In this document: positions 60,931 through 64,000 of the stretch, piece by piece
Layout of the letters: the number at the start of each line of letters is the position of its first letter
Position numbering within the stretch: the stretch's first letter is position 1
Position numbers and translations under genes: made by a program
DNA from: Spirochaetia bacterium
Lineage (GTDB): Bacteria; Spirochaetota; Spirochaetia; SP-2023
DNA length: 64,000 bases
Reading direction: 5' to 3'
Assembly (NCBI GenBank): GCA_965263295.1
Contig: OZ253665.1
Location: forward strand, 32,001-96,000
The notes under the pieces: generated by a model
Told to the model about the DNA's origin: nothing
The model's database searches: none
The model's input: the letters and a program-made list of their open reading frames with translations, nothing else

Positions 60931-62127
60931 ATGAAGAAATACATCTTTTTGACAAGCAGCTTGTATAATGCAAGAAATATCCTTCAAATAATCAATACTG
61001 ATCATGAACTTTCTAAATTACAGCACGAGATAGTAGTTGAGTTTTTCAATGTTCCCCTTGAAGAATGTGAATTTGATTACTGTCTGTCAAATTTGTATTC
61101 TCCGTCTGAGATTGATGCTCTGTTGTCGGCATTGCGAGATTGTGAGATTGTTCCTATAGAATTTATTCACACGGACGAATATTCAGTTCTCGCGGCTTCA
61201 GAGCTTAATCGTAAATTCGGGTTAAATGGTATAAAATATGAAATCGCGAATTTATTTAGAAATAAAAAGCTGATGTATCAGAGAGTCTCTAAAGCGGAGC
61301 TAGCTTTGCCAGTAAGGTGGGAGAATTTGGATGATGCAAATATTCCATTTGTTATCAAGCCTATTAGTGAAGCAGCATCAATTGGCGTCAAAGTAATCAG
61401 TGATGACAGTCAATTAGAAGAATGTACATGGGGCAAAGAGAATGTGATTTTTGAAGAGTATATTGATTCTGGCATGTATCATATAGATGGTGCAATCCAA
61501 TCGAATTCATTAATATTCTCTGCGGTTTCAAAGTATCTAGGTACCTGTTTTGACTTCTTTGCAGGGGAACCCATTGGCACGATCTATTGGGATAGGGATA
61601 AAAACCAATGGTCTGATTACTTATCTCAAATTTTAAAGGTCTTCCCTTTCCCCGATGGTGTGTTCCATATAGAAGTGTTTCAGAGGAGTAATGGGGAAAT
61701 CGTGTTTCTTGAGCTTGCTTGTAGACCGGCCGGTGCGCCATTAGACATTCAAATTAAGCACGCGCATAATGTTGATATAAACACCTTACATTTGAGGCTT
61801 AGGACTGGCTTACCTGTAAAAGATTTGTTAGCACAAAGAACCAAACCTCAAAAGTATCTCGTAGCTTACTATCCAAAGAAAGCTGTTATATCTTCTAATA
61901 TCAGTCTGGACGACTTTCACTTTAATGCTGAGCGTTTAAACTCAAGCTTGATAGATAGTTCAATCCCCCTTGATATCGGTAATTATATCGGAGCGATATC
62001 AAATCGAGACCCCGCTGTCCAATTTACTCTTCTTTCATCAACTTATTGTACTTTAAAGAATGATCTAGAAAGAATCAGCGATTTATTTTCAGATATCTAT
62101 TCATTGAGATTGTCCGACTATTTATAG
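60931..62127 (+). CDS. L-amino-acid-ligase-type ATP-grasp enzyme
   Basis: DEYSV..A, FRNKKLM, PFVIKP....SIGV, FEEYI.G..YHIDG, FHIEVF, FLELACRPAG. Confidence 0.82.
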   Translation: MKKYIFLTSSLYNARNILQIINTDHELSKLQHEIVVEFFNVPLEECEFDYCLSNLYSPSEIDALLSALRDCEIVPIEFIHTDEYSVLAASELNRKFGLNGIKYEIANLFRNKKLMYQRVSKAELALPVRWENLDDANIPFVIKPISEAASIGVKVISDDSQLEECTWGKENVIFEEYIDSGMYHIDGAIQSNSLIFSAVSKYLGTCFDFFAGEPIGTIYWDRDKNQWSDYLSQILKVFPFPDGVFHIEVFQRSNGEIVFLELACRPAGAPLDIQIKHAHNVDINTLHLRLRTGLPVKDLLAQRTKPQKYLVAYYPKKAVISSNISLDDFHFNAERLNSSLIDSSIPLDIGNYIGAISNRDPAVQFTLLSSTYCTLKNDLERISDLFSDIYSLRLSDYL

Positions 62128-62378
62128 GATTGTTGGATAGAGATAATCTTTATATATAAAGATACATTTGCCTTGCGCCTACTTTGGCAAGTAAGCCCCA
62201 GATTTTGATCCTGCACCGTAGTAGCGTAGCCAGTATGGGCCTAAGCGCTCCATGCTATTGACGGAATCAGCGCTGCCCGTAGGCTGGTAGTCTTTAATCC
62301 CCAGATCAGCCCAGACGCTCTATTTTCTTGCAGAAAAATAAGATTTAAACTGTCCTGACGGCCCGTCTGAAAGGGACT

Positions 62379-63392
62379 TCATATTGTTTTGACGGAATTG
62401 AGCACGGCCACGGTGTGCCCAATGGGTATTGGGGATGGCATTTGAGAATGCAGGGCCGACAGAGCAGCGCAGGCACTCATCTCATAGCGCGACAGCTCTT
62501 GTTCAATTTTCATTGCCTGATTGCCCGCTGCGACAGCGGTCATCGACCCAAAGATTTCGGCGAGCGCCTGCACGGGATAAAAACGAAACGGTCCGAGACC
62601 CCGTTGCTCTTCCCAGTGGGCATAGCCGCCGATAACTTCTTCCGCTTCGGATTGCCGCTTCCATGTAAACGTCAGAATCTCGCTGGAATATCCGCTTTCA
62701 AGCCCCAGGCGCAAGATATTCTCCAGAGGGATTCTTCCGCCTATCGAAGACAGCACCCTTCCCCCCGTCTTGAGCAGGGGACGCGCCTGCTTCAGTGCGA
62801 GGTGGTGAAGCGTGATCAGGCTACGGCTGATGAATTCGGGAATCTCTCCTTCGCGTGCAGCCATGAACGTAGAACTGCTTTGTCCATCGGCAAGCTTGCC
62901 GGCAAGCCTTGCTTCATCACTAATCGGAAGGTTCGGGAGATTTTCGTATAGAAGATCAAGGCAGATAGGCTCATCCTGGAGGGGATCAAGCAAATCGCCA
63001 ACCCTGGCGCATACGTTCAATTTGTGACGCCCCAGGGTGTTGGAGACGATGTTCTGTTGCGCCAGGGAAACGACATCATCATGCAGGTCCGTGATAATTA
63101 CATTCTCGGCCCGGAGAATTTCAATCGCCGCCAAAGCATCAAGCCCTGTGCCGGTGCCAATCGTACAAAAATTCCGAGCCTGCACTCCCGTTTGCGCCAA
63201 GGCAAGAAACGCCGGCGCGACGACGCTTGCGACCCAATCGCTCTTAAGATCATCAAGTTTCGGCAAGTAACTGCGTCCGCTCATCTTTATTGTCGCATTT
63301 CGGCGAATCCGCGATGTGCTTTCCAGCTGGAAAAACGCCGCCGTATCCAGGCCGATCTGCCTGAAGGCTAATGTCTCGCTTGTGTCGGACAC
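62379..63392 (-). CDS. Class I SAM-dependent methyltransferase (HemK-like motif IV)
   Basis: IGTGTGLDA, ITDL, GDLL.PL, YENLPNLP; start reassigned to GTG 63392 after AGGAGG. Confidence 0.8.
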   Translation of the reverse strand: MSDTSETLAFRQIGLDTAAFFQLESTSRIRRNATIKMSGRSYLPKLDDLKSDWVASVVAPAFLALAQTGVQARNFCTIGTGTGLDALAAIEILRAENVIITDLHDDVVSLAQQNIVSNTLGRHKLNVCARVGDLLDPLQDEPICLDLLYENLPNLPISDEARLAGKLADGQSSSTFMAAREGEIPEFISRSLITLHHLALKQARPLLKTGGRVLSSIGGRIPLENILRLGLESGYSSEILTFTWKRQSEAEEVIGGYAHWEEQRGLGPFRFYPVQALAEIFGSMTAVAAGNQAMKIEQELSRYEMSACAALSALHSQMPSPIPIGHTVAVLNSVKTI

Positions 63393-64000
63393 GATTTTAA
63401 CCTCCTGTTTCCTCCGGTAGTCAGGGCGAGGCCAACGGCAATCAGAGCCGCCCCGATAAAGTCCGTGGTGCGCAGCTCCTCTCCCAGAACCAGATGGGCG
63501 AGCAAAACGCCAAAAAATGGATTCAGCAAATGGTACGATGCGGCCGTCGTTGCCCCGCTCGTGCGTATGAGCACCAGCCAGAGCGCCATGCCGCCGATCG
63601 TGACCACCAAGGCAAGATAGAGCACGGCAGCAATTGAGGCCGGAGCTGGAATATGAAGGGGGCTGCCAAAAGCGATGGCCAGAGGCAACAGCGCCAAAGC
63701 GCCCGCAGTGGACTGCCAGAAATTGATTTTTAAAACCGGCAATTCGCCAGCCTTGCGGCGAAACAGGACGGTCCCAGCCGTGAAGGCCAGCATAGCGGCC
63801 ACTGCCAGTAAGAAGCCCCAAATATCCGGCCTCTGCGCCGATGCAATGCCCGACATGACGACGACGCCCAAAAAACCGAGAACAATGCCCGTCAGCATTT
63901 TCATGGAAAATGTTTCCAAACCCAGCCACACGGCAAGTAGCGTCGTCGCGAAAGGCGCGCAGCTAATGATGACAATCACGACTTCGGGGCGGAGCGTTCG
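63368..64000 (-). CDS. EamA/DMT-family exporter (5' end lies outside the window)
   Basis: PF.TTLLA..LGLE, G..LGFLGVVV, LLNPFFGVLLA.LVLGE. Confidence 0.88.
   Translation of the reverse strand, partial: RTLRPEVVIVIISCAPFATTLLAVWLGLETFSMKMLTGIVLGFLGVVVMSGIASAQRPDIWGFLLAVAAMLAFTAGTVLFRRKAGELPVLKINFWQSTAGALALLPLAIAFGSPLHIPAPASIAAVLYLALVVTIGGMALWLVLIRTSGATTAASYHLLNPFFGVLLAHLVLGEELRTTDFIGAALIAVGLALTTGGNRRLKSCPTQARH

Noticed and set aside
63393..63929. N-terminal 179 aa of the 516-aa methyltransferase ORF
   Set aside because: Overlaps the EamA gene in another frame; a strong RBS supports GTG 63392 as the start

Overview
Bacterial chromosomal window, possibly from a spirochaete-like organism (weak inference). 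1-18 kb is mostly housekeeping: a large TPR protein, dapA, a NitT/TauT-type ABC importer, yhdT-panF-coaBC, a eukaryote-type glucosamine-6-P acetyltransferase directly upstream of glmS, bioA and tmRNA (ssrA). Just after tmRNA lies a ~23 kb decaying defence island (about 18.45-41.79 kb) with no integrase left. It opens with an unrecognised gene pair (a nuclease-motif, glycine-zipper protein plus a Ycf46-like AAA+ ATPase). It then carries a PARIS-like ABC ATPase/TOPRIM pair, prophage and ICE debris, and a Type I R-M system. The HsdS has an in-frame DUF559 nuclease cassette, and the operon hosts an m4C MTase + GHKL-histidine kinase + receiver module. Next come Mrr and a DUF6361 + PLD pair, whose PLD gene is fused by deletion to the 3' end of a glycogen branching enzyme gene. 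Downstream are a 1536-aa modular Ig/cadherin-like lipoprotein, three tandem orphan LivJ-type binding lipoproteins with a conserved 96-nt spacer, and uvrA-pgsA. The window ends with an AT-rich, 5'-truncated cluster of three different ATP-grasp ligases plus an ABC exporter, facing an EamA + methyltransferase pair. The best candidates for undescribed systems are the island-leading gene pair, the kinase module inside the Type I R-M operon, and the triple ATP-grasp cluster. All family calls come from motif reading; no database searches were run.
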